From the NCBI GenBank assembly GCA_009773805.1, contig WTXA01000004.1:295-64294 (forward strand): 64,000 bases of DNA. The letters are read 5' to 3'. Source of the DNA: Fusobacteriota bacterium. GTDB lineage: Bacteria > Bacillota > TC1. Shown piece by piece: positions 48,513 through 57,331 of the stretch (its first letter is position 1; each line of letters opens with the position of its first letter). The notes under the pieces were generated by a model. That model was not told where the DNA came from, did no database searches, and was given only the letters and a program-made list of their open reading frames with translations. Made by a program: the position numbers and the translations under genes.

Positions 48513-49718
48513 TTAGTAATTGTCAACAGAATTCTTACTAAACACCAAGTCCGATAAGAATATAGTCAGATAACTAAGACCCATCAATATTCCAATAATC
48601 AAAAAACTATAACTATACCCTAAAGCAATAACTAAAAATCCAAAAATGAAATTCCCTATAGCAAATCCTCCATCATAGGCACTTTCTTGTATTGAAAAAG
48701 ATGTAGCCATTAAATCTTTTCTTGTTCCTCTTTCAATTCCAGTTATTGAACTAATTACTGTACTATTAGTTCCAAATCCGACAGAAATAATTACAAATAA
48801 TATAGCAATATTTCCAACATTTCCGATTAATGCCATTGCAAGGAAGCCGGCCAACGCTAACATTACTGCTGGAATAATTACTCTCTTAATCCCGATCTTA
48901 TCGACCAATCTGCCACCAAGAAAAGAAGCTATCATCCCTACACTAGCAAGTGAGAATAGAAATAAACTTGGAGATATCACTCCTTCTAAGCCACTTAAAT
49001 ATATTGCTGAATTTGTTGATAATATTCCAAATCCGCTAGTTATAGTTACCACTAATAAATAATATCTTAGTAAATTATGATTTCTTAATAATTCAAGATA
49101 GTTTGAAAAATAATTCGTCTTCTTAACAATTTTCTCGTTGCTTATCAATCCAGTTTCTTTAATAAATAACAATAGTAGTAGAGAAATGGTAGCAAAAGCA
49201 ATATTGCCTAAAAACATAGCAGAAAAACTGATTTCTATCAATTTGAAGGCAATGACCGGACCGAGTACAAAGCCAAGTCCTAAAAACCCTCTATATAAAC
49301 CCATACAGGTTCCAAGGATTTTAGGTTCAGCTACATCACTTACTACAGAACTTCCGGTAGACATATATAGTGCCACACCAATAGATTGAATAATCCTGGC
49401 TATAATATGTATTGAAAATGAAGGAGCTAACCAAATTAGTATCCAGGATAAAATGAAAGAAACCGCACTTATTAAAAGTGAAAACTTTCTTCCTTTTTTA
49501 TCTGCTAACGGACCTAGAAAAATCCTAAGTGTTATTGCTGATAAACTATATATCGTACTAGAAATGCCAACTTGTGCTAGAGTAGCATGCTGACTAATCA
49601 AATATACAGGTACAATTGATATAGAAACTGCTATATTAATCATAAAAAAGAATGTGCCAAATAAGAAAAACAACATCCTTCTGTCCTTCAAAAATTCCCG
49701 TGAACTAGTAAATTTCAT
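48513..49718 (-). CDS. MFS transporter, tandem paralog
   Basis: Collinear with the neighbouring gene (GPLADKKGRK; SFSIQES near the C-terminus in both). AGGGGG RBS. Confidence 0.85.
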   Translation of the reverse strand: MKFTSSREFLKDRRMLFFLFGTFFFMINIAVSISIVPVYLISQHATLAQVGISSTIYSLSAITLRIFLGPLADKKGRKFSLLISAVSFILSWILIWLAPSFSIHIIARIIQSIGVALYMSTGSSVVSDVAEPKILGTCMGLYRGFLGLGFVLGPVIAFKLIEISFSAMFLGNIAFATISLLLLLFIKETGLISNEKIVKKTNYFSNYLELLRNHNLLRYYLLVVTITSGFGILSTNSAIYLSGLEGVISPSLFLFSLASVGMIASFLGGRLVDKIGIKRVIIPAVMLALAGFLAMALIGNVGNIAILFVIISVGFGTNSTVISSITGIERGTRKDLMATSFSIQESAYDGGFAIGNFIFGFLVIALGYSYSFLIIGILMGLSYLTIFLSDLVFSKNSVDNY

Positions 49719-49737
49719 TGTTTACCCCCTTAATATA

Positions 49738-49775
49738 AAGAAGCCTTGTCTAGATTACACTAAACAAGGCTTCTT
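49738..49775 (-). terminator. Probable intrinsic terminator
   Basis: 12-bp stem aagaagccttgt/acaaggcttctt with a 14-nt loop. Weak U-tract. Confidence 0.45.
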
Positions 49776-49790
49776 AGCATCCAACTTATA

Positions 49791-50645
49791 TTATTTTTTA
49801 TTCATTCCTTCAATTATATTAACTATTTTCTCATCTTGTATAAGAAGTTTTCTTGTTACATCTAAATAGTTTGATATTGATCTAACCTGTTCATTTTGAA
49901 TAATCAGCTTTTCTTTTAAAGCTTTAACATAACCTTCCAAAGTATAATCATCAACACTAGCTGATTTGATTTCTTTAACTACAGGATTTTCGAAATTCAA
50001 GAATTTGCTATCATCTATAGGTTTATCGCTGAAAAAATCATCATGAGCTGTATCATCATAAATACTAACGTTAACCTCTTCAGTTTCCTCCATATCTTCA
50101 ACCGGCACAACTGCATCTTGAAAAATCAAACCTTCAGAAAAATCTGTTTCAAGTTCAATTTGAGGTTCTTCTTCTTCTTCCTTATAATCAATATCGATGT
50201 TTGAGAAAAAACTTTCTTCAGGTTGTAATGATGAAACTGTTTCTTTTTCATCTTCAACATCAAAGAATGATCCACTTGTGTTGAATGCATCAGCAAACAA
50301 ATCTATATCTTCATCATATTCCTTACTTGTTTGTTTTACTTCAAGCTCTTTCATTTTAGGTTCAGGCACTGCTGCAACTTCCTTATTATCCATTGCTTCC
50401 TGAGCTTCTATATTTTCCTTTTTTAAGATAATTGTATTATTATCTGCCAAAGTAGCTGGAGTCTTGTCTTTTGGTTCTTTTGAAGTATGTTTTAATAGTA
50501 TACCAATTCCTTGTTCATTTATTTGTAAAACACCTTCCATTGATTTGAAATATTGTCTTAATTCAGGTTCTTGTGTAATTAACTTATAGACTGATAGTTT
50601 ACTTAAACCGTATTTTTCCTCTAATTCATCTAATTTATACCACAT
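49791..50645 (-). CDS. Hypothetical acidic protein with a possible N-terminal HTH and C-terminal coiled coil
   Basis: N-terminal about 50 aa look HTH-like (LSKLSVYKLITQ). Long D/E-rich low-complexity centre. Heptad-like C-terminus. Start set to the ATG after GGGAGG. Confidence 0.6.
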   Translation of the reverse strand: MWYKLDELEEKYGLSKLSVYKLITQEPELRQYFKSMEGVLQINEQGIGILLKHTSKEPKDKTPATLADNNTIILKKENIEAQEAMDNKEVAAVPEPKMKELEVKQTSKEYDEDIDLFADAFNTSGSFFDVEDEKETVSSLQPEESFFSNIDIDYKEEEEEPQIELETDFSEGLIFQDAVVPVEDMEETEEVNVSIYDDTAHDDFFSDKPIDDSKFLNFENPVVKEIKSASVDDYTLEGYVKALKEKLIIQNEQVRSISNYLDVTRKLLIQDEKIVNIIEGMNKK

Positions 50646-50714
50646 ATAAAAACCTCCCATATTCATCTAATAACAACCTAAGAATATCACAAATATTCTA
50701 TTAATTCAAACCAA

Positions 50715-52616
50715 TTATTTTTTCTCACTATTCTCTGTTACTAACATCTCAATAACCTCGGAAAGTGGCTTAGAACCAAGATCTCCAACAGATCTTTTTC
50801 TTACAGCAACATGACTATTTGCAGTTTCATTATCACCCACAACAAAAGTATAAGGAATCTTTTGCATTTGGCTTTCTCTTATCCTATAGCCAAGTTTTTC
50901 GTTTCTTGCATCCACATTTACTCTAATACCAGATCTTTTTAATTCTGCAGCAACCTCATATGCATATTCATTATGAACTTCTGCTACAGGAATAATATTA
51001 ACTTGCATTGGAGCCAGCCATAAAGGAAAGGCACCTGCATAATGTTCTATTAAGATTCCAATGAATCTCTCAACAGATCCAAAAATTGCTCTATGAATCA
51101 TTGCAGGTCTGTGTTTAGCTCCATCTTCACCAATATAGTTAAGATCGAATTTTTCTGGCATTTGGAAATCTAACTGTATAGTTCCACACTGCCAAGTTCT
51201 TCCAATAGAATCCTCTAGATGGAAATCAATCTTCGGTCCATAAAAAGCTCCATCACCTTCGTTTAATTCATAGTCTATTTTCAAGTCATCTAAGGCATCC
51301 TTCAACGCCTGAGTAGCTTGATCCCACATTTCTACAGAACCCATAGCTTTTTCTGGCCTAGTTGAAAGTTCAACATTGTATTTAAAGTCAAAAGTATTAT
51401 ATACTTCATCGACCATTTCAATTACTTTTTTAATCTCATCTCTAATTTGATCATAGAGCATGAAAATATGAGCATCATCTTGTGTGAAAGCTCTAACTCT
51501 CATCAAGCCATGTAGAACCCCTGATTTTTCATGACGATGAACTAAGCCCATTTCAGCGTATCTAATAGGAAGTTCCCTATAGCTATGTTGGTTGTGTCTA
51601 TAGACCAACATACATCCAGGACAGTTCATCGGTTTAATTGCATAATCTAGTTCATCTATTTTTGTAAAATACATGTTTTCCTTATAATGATCCCAATGTC
51701 CTGATTGTTCCCACAATTTTCTATTAAGAATAATAGGAGTCTTAATTTCTTCGTATTCCCACTTGTTATACAAGCCACGCATAAAGTCTTCAAGCTGATT
51801 CCTAAGAACCATACCTTTTGGAAGAAAAATTGGAAAACCAGGTCCCTCTTCTTCTATAGTGAATAACTCAAGTTCAGCTCCAAGTTTTCTGTGATCTCTT
51901 TTTTTAGCTTCTTCAAGTCTATGTAAATATGCCTCTAAATCCTTTTTATTAGGAAATGAAGTTGCATATATTCTTTGTAGCATCTTATTCTTTTCGCTAC
52001 CTCTCCAATAGGCACCTGCCAAAGTCATCAACTTATAGGCTTTTAAATAACCAGTAGAAGGCACATGAGGTCCACGACATAAATCTAAGAAACCACCTTG
52101 TTCATAAACACTGATTTCTTCACCAGCTGGTAAGTCTTGGATTAACTCGACCTTATACTTCTCCCCTTTTGCCCCAAAATATTCCAACGCATCTTCTTTC
52201 ACAAGTACTTTTCTTACAAATGGTGTATTTCTTTTAACTATATCAGCTATTTTGCTTTCTATCTTTTCTAGGTCTTCTGGTGTAAAAACATGTTCAGTAT
52301 CAAAATCATAGTAAAAACCATCTTTGATAACAGGTCCAATACCAAATTTTACATCAGGGAATAATTCCCCAACCGCTTCGGCCATAATGTGAGCACTACT
52401 ATGTCTATATGTATCAAGACCTTCTTCACTATCTAATGTGAATATCTCGACAATATCTCCATCATTTGCTTTCGTGCTCATATCGACCATTTTGCCGTTA
52501 ACCTTAGCTACTATGGCTTCTTTTTTCAATCTATTGCTAATTTTGCTTGCTACATCAAATAAGTTGCTATCTGAATCTACGTCTAATACCTTGCCATCTT
52601 TTAATTTAATTTCCAT
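50715..52616 (-). CDS. thrS: Threonyl-tRNA synthetase
   Basis: TGS N-domain, class II core, anticodon-binding C-domain, about 633 aa. Start set to MEIKLKDG after AAGGAGG. Confidence 0.95.
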   Translation of the reverse strand: MEIKLKDGKVLDVDSDSNLFDVASKISNRLKKEAIVAKVNGKMVDMSTKANDGDIVEIFTLDSEEGLDTYRHSSAHIMAEAVGELFPDVKFGIGPVIKDGFYYDFDTEHVFTPEDLEKIESKIADIVKRNTPFVRKVLVKEDALEYFGAKGEKYKVELIQDLPAGEEISVYEQGGFLDLCRGPHVPSTGYLKAYKLMTLAGAYWRGSEKNKMLQRIYATSFPNKKDLEAYLHRLEEAKKRDHRKLGAELELFTIEEEGPGFPIFLPKGMVLRNQLEDFMRGLYNKWEYEEIKTPIILNRKLWEQSGHWDHYKENMYFTKIDELDYAIKPMNCPGCMLVYRHNQHSYRELPIRYAEMGLVHRHEKSGVLHGLMRVRAFTQDDAHIFMLYDQIRDEIKKVIEMVDEVYNTFDFKYNVELSTRPEKAMGSVEMWDQATQALKDALDDLKIDYELNEGDGAFYGPKIDFHLEDSIGRTWQCGTIQLDFQMPEKFDLNYIGEDGAKHRPAMIHRAIFGSVERFIGILIEHYAGAFPLWLAPMQVNIIPVAEVHNEYAYEVAAELKRSGIRVNVDARNEKLGYRIRESQMQKIPYTFVVGDNETANSHVAVRKRSVGDLGSKPLSEVIEMLVTENSEKK

Positions 52617-52629
52617 TTTTTCCTCCTTG

Positions 52630-52864
52630 AATATAAAAAGTACTATCATCACAAGAGACGATAGTACCGTGGTTCCACTCTATTTCTAAAAACAAATGTT
52701 TTTACTTTACCTCTTAACGCAAGGTTGACGTGTCCCTTAATAAATTCAGGTCCCTCTCCTAGGTGGTTTTCTTTTAGTCTTTCTTAGGAAGTTTCCAGCT
52801 ACCTTCCCTCTCTGTTAAGATTATCTTAAAATACTCGTCCTAGTCATCGATTTTATCAATACTT
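52630..52864 (-). promoter_or_regulatory. T-box leader (Thr specifier) controlling thrS
   Basis: On the minus strand: stem I elements (AGAGAG, GGTAGCTGGAAAC), candidate specifier region GAAAACCACCTAGG (ACC = Thr), conserved T-box sequence AGAGTGGAACCACGGTA (about 52664-52683), then a terminator GTACTATCGTC...GATGATAGTAC + TTTTT (52635-52668). Confidence 0.8.
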
Positions 52865-52870
52865 ACACTA

Positions 52871-52899
52871 ATTATCTAAAAATTATCCCTATTTGTCAA
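52871..52899 (-). promoter_or_regulatory. Sigma-A promoter for the thrS leader
   Basis: The minus strand reads TTGACA (52894-52899), 17-nt spacer, GATAAT (52871-52876). Confidence 0.6.
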
Positions 52900-52902
52900 T
52901 GA

Positions 52903-53355
52903 TTATTTTAAAGAAGCAACAAATTCATAAACCTCTCCTGCATGGCCTTCGACCTTGACATTTCTCCATTCTTTGATAATTTCTCCTTTTTCATCTAATA
53001 AAAAGGTGCTTCTTTCAACACCTAAATATTCTTTGCCATAGTTTTTCTTAAGTTTAAGTACCTCAAAACACTCACATAAGATACTTTCTTTGTCACTTAA
53101 TAACAATACATCCAACTCTTGTTCTTCTATAAATTTTTGATGTGATTTAATACTATCTCTACTTACCCCGATAAGAACAACATTTAACTTTTCAAAAGCC
53201 AACCTGGCTAATGTAAACTCTTTAGCTTCTTTGGTTCATCCTGGTGTATTATCTTTAGGATAAAAAAACAAGACAACTTGCTTGCCAACAAAATCCTTTA
53301 GACTATACCCATTACCATCAGTAGTAGCTAATTTTATATTTAAACAATTCATCAT
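52903..53355 (-). CDS. Bcp/PrxQ-type peroxiredoxin with in-frame TGA (probable selenocysteine) at the peroxidatic position
   Basis: Reading through the TGA at 53236-53238 gives a 150-aa protein: MMNCLNIKLATTDGNGYSLKDFVGKQVVLFFYPKDNTPG-U-TKEAKEF... This is collinear with E. coli Bcp (FYPKAMTPGCTVQA). GAGGGAG RBS upstream. The track shows only the C-terminal 99 aa from an internal TTG. Confidence 0.7.
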
Positions 53356-53476
53356 TTATTCATCTCCCTCATTAATCAAAATCAATATATGATATCAATA
53401 TAGAATATCTATATACATATTAGCATAAAATATTGTAAACTTTAACTAATAAATAAAGAAACGAGGTTCAACATTT

Positions 53477-54919
53477 ATGAACTTACAAGACTTAACCAAA
53501 GAAGATATATTTAAATATTTTAATGAAATATCAAAAATCTCAAGATGCTCTCATAGAGAAGATAAAATTGCCGATTATTTAGAACAGTTCGCGAAAACTC
53601 ATAAGTTAGTCTATCTAAGAGATAAAGAAAATAATCTCATAATAAAAAGAGATATTGGTAGCAAGCCAACTGTTGCCTTGCAAGCTCATGTAGATATGGT
53701 GTGTATAAAAACTAATGATTCAATCCATGATTTTTCTAAAGATTCAATATCTCTACAACTAAACAAAAGTCTCTTGTCAGCCAAAAATACCACCCTAGGA
53801 GCTGACAACGGGATTGGGGTAGCCTATATGCTTGCACTACTGGCAGATGCGAATTATGAGGGCCCTAATTTAGAATGTATCTTCACTACTAATGAAGAAG
53901 ATGGAATGACTGGAGCAAACAACCTGGACATATCAAACCTTAATTCTCAATACTTATTAAATCTAGATAGTGAAGAAGAAGGAAAACTATATGTTTCTAG
54001 TGCAGGTGGGGTTGTGTGTAATTTACTTATTCCTATCAAATATAAGTTAAGAGATGGCTATATATATAGTGTTAAAATCTTTGGTTTAAAGGGTGGACAT
54101 TCTGGACTTGAAATTGATAAAAAAAGAGGCAATGCCATTAAACAAGCAGCAAGAATATTGAACTACCTTCAAGAAGAATCAATAGCCTTTAGATTGATTG
54201 AAATTGATGGGGGTAAAAAACATAATGCAATACCTGAAGAAATTGCTATGAAAATATTATTAAAAAATAAGGACCAGTTTGAAGCTTTAGATGCCTTGAT
54301 AAATAATTGTCAAAATATTTTCCAAAAAGAGCTAAGGCACCAGGATCCTGATGTAAAAGTAACCTTAACCTATTTAAGTAAAGGTATGATCAATACCCTT
54401 AGTAAAAGTACTACTATAACCTTAATAGGTGTCTTAAACCTACTTCCTGACGGTGTCATCAAAATGAGTGAGGAAATTCCCCAATTAGTAGAAACCTCAG
54501 CTAATGTGGGAAAAGTTATCCAAGAAAAAGATATACTAAAAATAACAACTTCATTAAGAAGTTCTAAGGATGAAAATCTAGACTCATTAATCGAGATGTT
54601 TAATCAGTTAAAGACTGCTTTTAACCTTCAATTTACAACTGAGTATTCATATCCTGGTTGGGCTTATGACAAAAACTCAGTATTAAAGGAAATTGCAAAA
54701 GAAGTCTACAATAATTTATTCAATGAAAAACTAGAGGAAATTGCAATACATGCTGGATTGGAATGTGGCTTTTTTAAAAACAAAAAAGCTGATTTAGATA
54801 TAATCAGCTTTGGGCCTAATATAAATAAGATTCATACAATAGATGAATCCGTTGATATTAATTCAGTAAGAAAAGTATATGCATTCCTTAATACCTTATT
54901 AAATAGTTTAGATAGTTAA
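53477..54919 (+). CDS. pepD: Aminoacyl-histidine (Xaa-His) dipeptidase, M20C
   Basis: QAHVDMVC, GADNGIGVA, TTNEEDGMTGA, about 480 aa. Confidence 0.88.
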   Translation: MNLQDLTKEDIFKYFNEISKISRCSHREDKIADYLEQFAKTHKLVYLRDKENNLIIKRDIGSKPTVALQAHVDMVCIKTNDSIHDFSKDSISLQLNKSLLSAKNTTLGADNGIGVAYMLALLADANYEGPNLECIFTTNEEDGMTGANNLDISNLNSQYLLNLDSEEEGKLYVSSAGGVVCNLLIPIKYKLRDGYIYSVKIFGLKGGHSGLEIDKKRGNAIKQAARILNYLQEESIAFRLIEIDGGKKHNAIPEEIAMKILLKNKDQFEALDALINNCQNIFQKELRHQDPDVKVTLTYLSKGMINTLSKSTTITLIGVLNLLPDGVIKMSEEIPQLVETSANVGKVIQEKDILKITTSLRSSKDENLDSLIEMFNQLKTAFNLQFTTEYSYPGWAYDKNSVLKEIAKEVYNNLFNEKLEEIAIHAGLECGFFKNKKADLDIISFGPNINKIHTIDESVDINSVRKVYAFLNTLLNSLDS

Positions 54920-54930
54920 TTTAAATTAAC

Positions 54931-55566
54931 TTATAATAACTCATCATCTTGAAGAAATTGAGTAATCTTTTTTCTGCTTCTATCTAACGCATTATAAATG
55001 GATTTAATAGGCATCTGTAAATCTTTACTGATGTCTTCAAAACTTGTCCCACTTAAATACTCATAGAAAACAATCCATTCCAAGGAGCTAAGTTTTCCTT
55101 TAATCTCCCTTTCCATTTGGTTGAGACGCTCTTTTCCTAGAACAATATCTTCAGGACTATAGGCGACTTTAGTACCTACTAAATCATCCATAAGTCTTGT
55201 TTCTTCATCTTTTGTAGATTCATTTAAGGAAATTGAGTTATTTAAAGGTTGATTTTTAAATCGATTTGCTGTTCTGATTGCGCTAATTACCTGTCTTTTT
55301 ATGCAGATATCTGCAAATCCTCTGAAAGTTGTATTTTCCTTATTGTTGTAGCTATGTATCCCTTTGTATAGACCAATCATTCCTTCTTGGATAAGATCAT
55401 CTAAGTCTCCACCTTGGAGATAAAAGCCATTAACTTTTGATATGACGAATCTATGATACTTCATTAATATGAACTGTTCAGCATCCTTGTCGCATCCTTG
55501 TGCTAATTCAACTAACTTATCATCTTCTAAATTTCTATATCTTTCATCAAGAAAATTAAATACCAT
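54931..55566 (-). CDS. sigH: RNA polymerase sigma-H factor
   Basis: Sigma-70 region 2 (DLIQEGMIGLYK) and region 4. Conserved position next to rlmB-thyX-cysS. Confidence 0.85.
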   Translation of the reverse strand: MVFNFLDERYRNLEDDKLVELAQGCDKDAEQFILMKYHRFVISKVNGFYLQGGDLDDLIQEGMIGLYKGIHSYNNKENTTFRGFADICIKRQVISAIRTANRFKNQPLNNSISLNESTKDEETRLMDDLVGTKVAYSPEDIVLGKERLNQMEREIKGKLSSLEWIVFYEYLSGTSFEDISKDLQMPIKSIYNALDRSRKKITQFLQDDELL

Positions 55567-56272
55567 CTATACACCTTTGCTTAAAAATTTCATAAATTAT
55601 GATTCCTGTTGCAACACTAACATTCAATGATCCTACAGGACCGACTTGAGGTATCATTACTAATCCATCACAATTTTTTTTAACCAATGGACTAAGCCCA
55701 TTACCTTCATTACCAACAACAAGACAGATATTACCATCCAGTTTAGTTTTAAATACATCACTGGCACCCTTCATATCAGCGCCATAAATCCAATAACTCT
55801 TTTTTTTCAAATTATCTATTACCTTGTTAATATTAGTTACCTTTATTATTGGCATATAGAAAATTGCACCTGCTGATACTTTAAAAACTGTGCTTGTAAC
55901 CCTAACGCTTCTATCATCTGGAATAATTATCGCGTTAACACCTGCACATACAGCCGTTCTAATAATTGCTCCTAAATTATGTGTATCTTCAAGATGATCT
56001 AAAATTAAAATTAAACCATCACCTTTTATTTTCCCAATTATTTCATCTAAATCTCTATAATTGAAATCAGCAATACTAGCTAGATAACCTTGATTTATTT
56101 CTCTTGTATCTCTTAATTCTGCAGGAATATCTTTAATATCAATATGTCTTGTATTAGCAAGTTCTTGCATTTCCTTGTCTACAGTATTCAAATTTTCACT
56201 ATAAATATTATATACTTTGTATCCACTTTTCAATGCTTCAATTATTGTTTGTTTTCCACCTATAAGTTCCAT
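55556..56272 (-). CDS. rlmB: 23S rRNA 2-prime-O-methyltransferase, SpoU/TrmH family (RlmB-like)
   Basis: SpoU motifs (DHLEDTHNLGAIIRTA, LVVGNEGNGL, IPQVGPVGSLNVSVA). Confidence 0.85.
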   Translation of the reverse strand: MELIGGKQTIIEALKSGYKVYNIYSENLNTVDKEMQELANTRHIDIKDIPAELRDTREINQGYLASIADFNYRDLDEIIGKIKGDGLILILDHLEDTHNLGAIIRTAVCAGVNAIIIPDDRSVRVTSTVFKVSAGAIFYMPIIKVTNINKVIDNLKKKSYWIYGADMKGASDVFKTKLDGNICLVVGNEGNGLSPLVKKNCDGLVMIPQVGPVGSLNVSVATGIIIYEIFKQRCIDGI

Positions 56273-56970
56273 TATATCTCCTCAAAGAAATCATTTGTTT
56301 CAATGATTTCGGCATAATCCTTTTCAGGAAAATCTGTGTCATAACCGATATCAGCAAATAAAGGTTCTAGTTTATTTTTTAGATAGAGAAGAAGTGGAAT
56401 AGCTACTTCCTTTATCTGAGGATGAGCTGACTTGCTACATCTTAATTCTAGAAAATTTCTTAAAGATCTCATATTCATAGTAACTGCTATTTCAGTTTTC
56501 AAACTATTTGGCAAAATACTTCTAGCTTCTTGTGGAGTTGCACCAAGTTCTAATAGATGAAAATAGTTTTTCTCTATCATTTCTATGGTATACTCCCATA
56601 TTTTTTTTCTTTCACCATTGAAAAAGATAGGTTCTATAACTGTTATTTCATTACCAAATTTATCTTTGCTATAATTACAATATCTTGTTGACTCCTGACT
56701 GTAGCTAGCTATTCTATGTCTTACTAGTTCATGACTCACACCTCGGTCAATGACAAAAAGCATCGTCATTTTTTCATGTTCAAGCACAGACTCATGATTT
56801 TTTTCTATAATAGTTTTCAACATTCCACTAGTACCTGTTTTCTTAAATACATCTTCTGACTTGTAACAGACTCTACCGTATCTTTCCAATTTTTTTAGCA
56901 ACAAGTCACTATTAAATTCTGGGATTAATACCCTAGCTTTCTCTATTTTCAATTGACTCACTCCCTTCAA
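56272..56970 (-). CDS. thyX: FAD-dependent thymidylate synthase
   Basis: ThyX motif RHRIASYSQESTRY. Confidence 0.9.
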   Translation of the reverse strand: MKGVSQLKIEKARVLIPEFNSDLLLKKLERYGRVCYKSEDVFKKTGTSGMLKTIIEKNHESVLEHEKMTMLFVIDRGVSHELVRHRIASYSQESTRYCNYSKDKFGNEITVIEPIFFNGERKKIWEYTIEMIEKNYFHLLELGATPQEARSILPNSLKTEIAVTMNMRSLRNFLELRCSKSAHPQIKEVAIPLLLYLKNKLEPLFADIGYDTDFPEKDYAEIIETNDFFEEI

Positions 56971-57331
56971 TGGTTATAATTATATAATTTACTAATTCCT
57001 TGATTCTATCATTGTCACCTTTTAAGAAAAGATATCCTAGTAATGCCTCAACACCAGTACTTTTTCTGTAATCTACCATTTCTACATTCTTTGGTATATT
57101 TTTTTTGGCATTTCTTCCTTTTCTCAAGATAACCATTTCATCATCTTTTAATAAGCTCTGAATACTGTCATAGACTTTGCTTTGTGCTTTGGCATTAACA
57201 AACTTAACAGCACTTCTGTGTAACTGATCAATTTTTGTTTTACCTATTCTAATAACATAATCCCTTATATGTATCTCTAATACTGCATCACCTAAATAGG
57301 CCAAGGCCAAGGAGCTTACTTCTTTTTCCAT
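56933..57331 (-). CDS. mrnC: Mini-ribonuclease 3
   Basis: 132 aa with LAYLGDAV RNase III-like signature. Conserved position after cysS. Confidence 0.85.
   Translation of the reverse strand: MEKEVSSLALAYLGDAVLEIHIRDYVIRIGKTKIDQLHRSAVKFVNAKAQSKVYDSIQSLLKDDEMVILRKGRNAKKNIPKNVEMVDYRKSTGVEALLGYLFLKGDNDRIKELVNYIIITIEGSESIENRES

Noticed and set aside
52903-53355. Interpretation of the split peroxiredoxin as a plain nonsense pseudogene
   Set aside because: There is a single TGA, placed exactly at the peroxidatic Cys codon, in an otherwise intact full-length frame with an RBS. This is what Sec recoding predicts and is improbable for a random nonsense mutation. It is kept as the alternative until SECIS and sel genes are checked.
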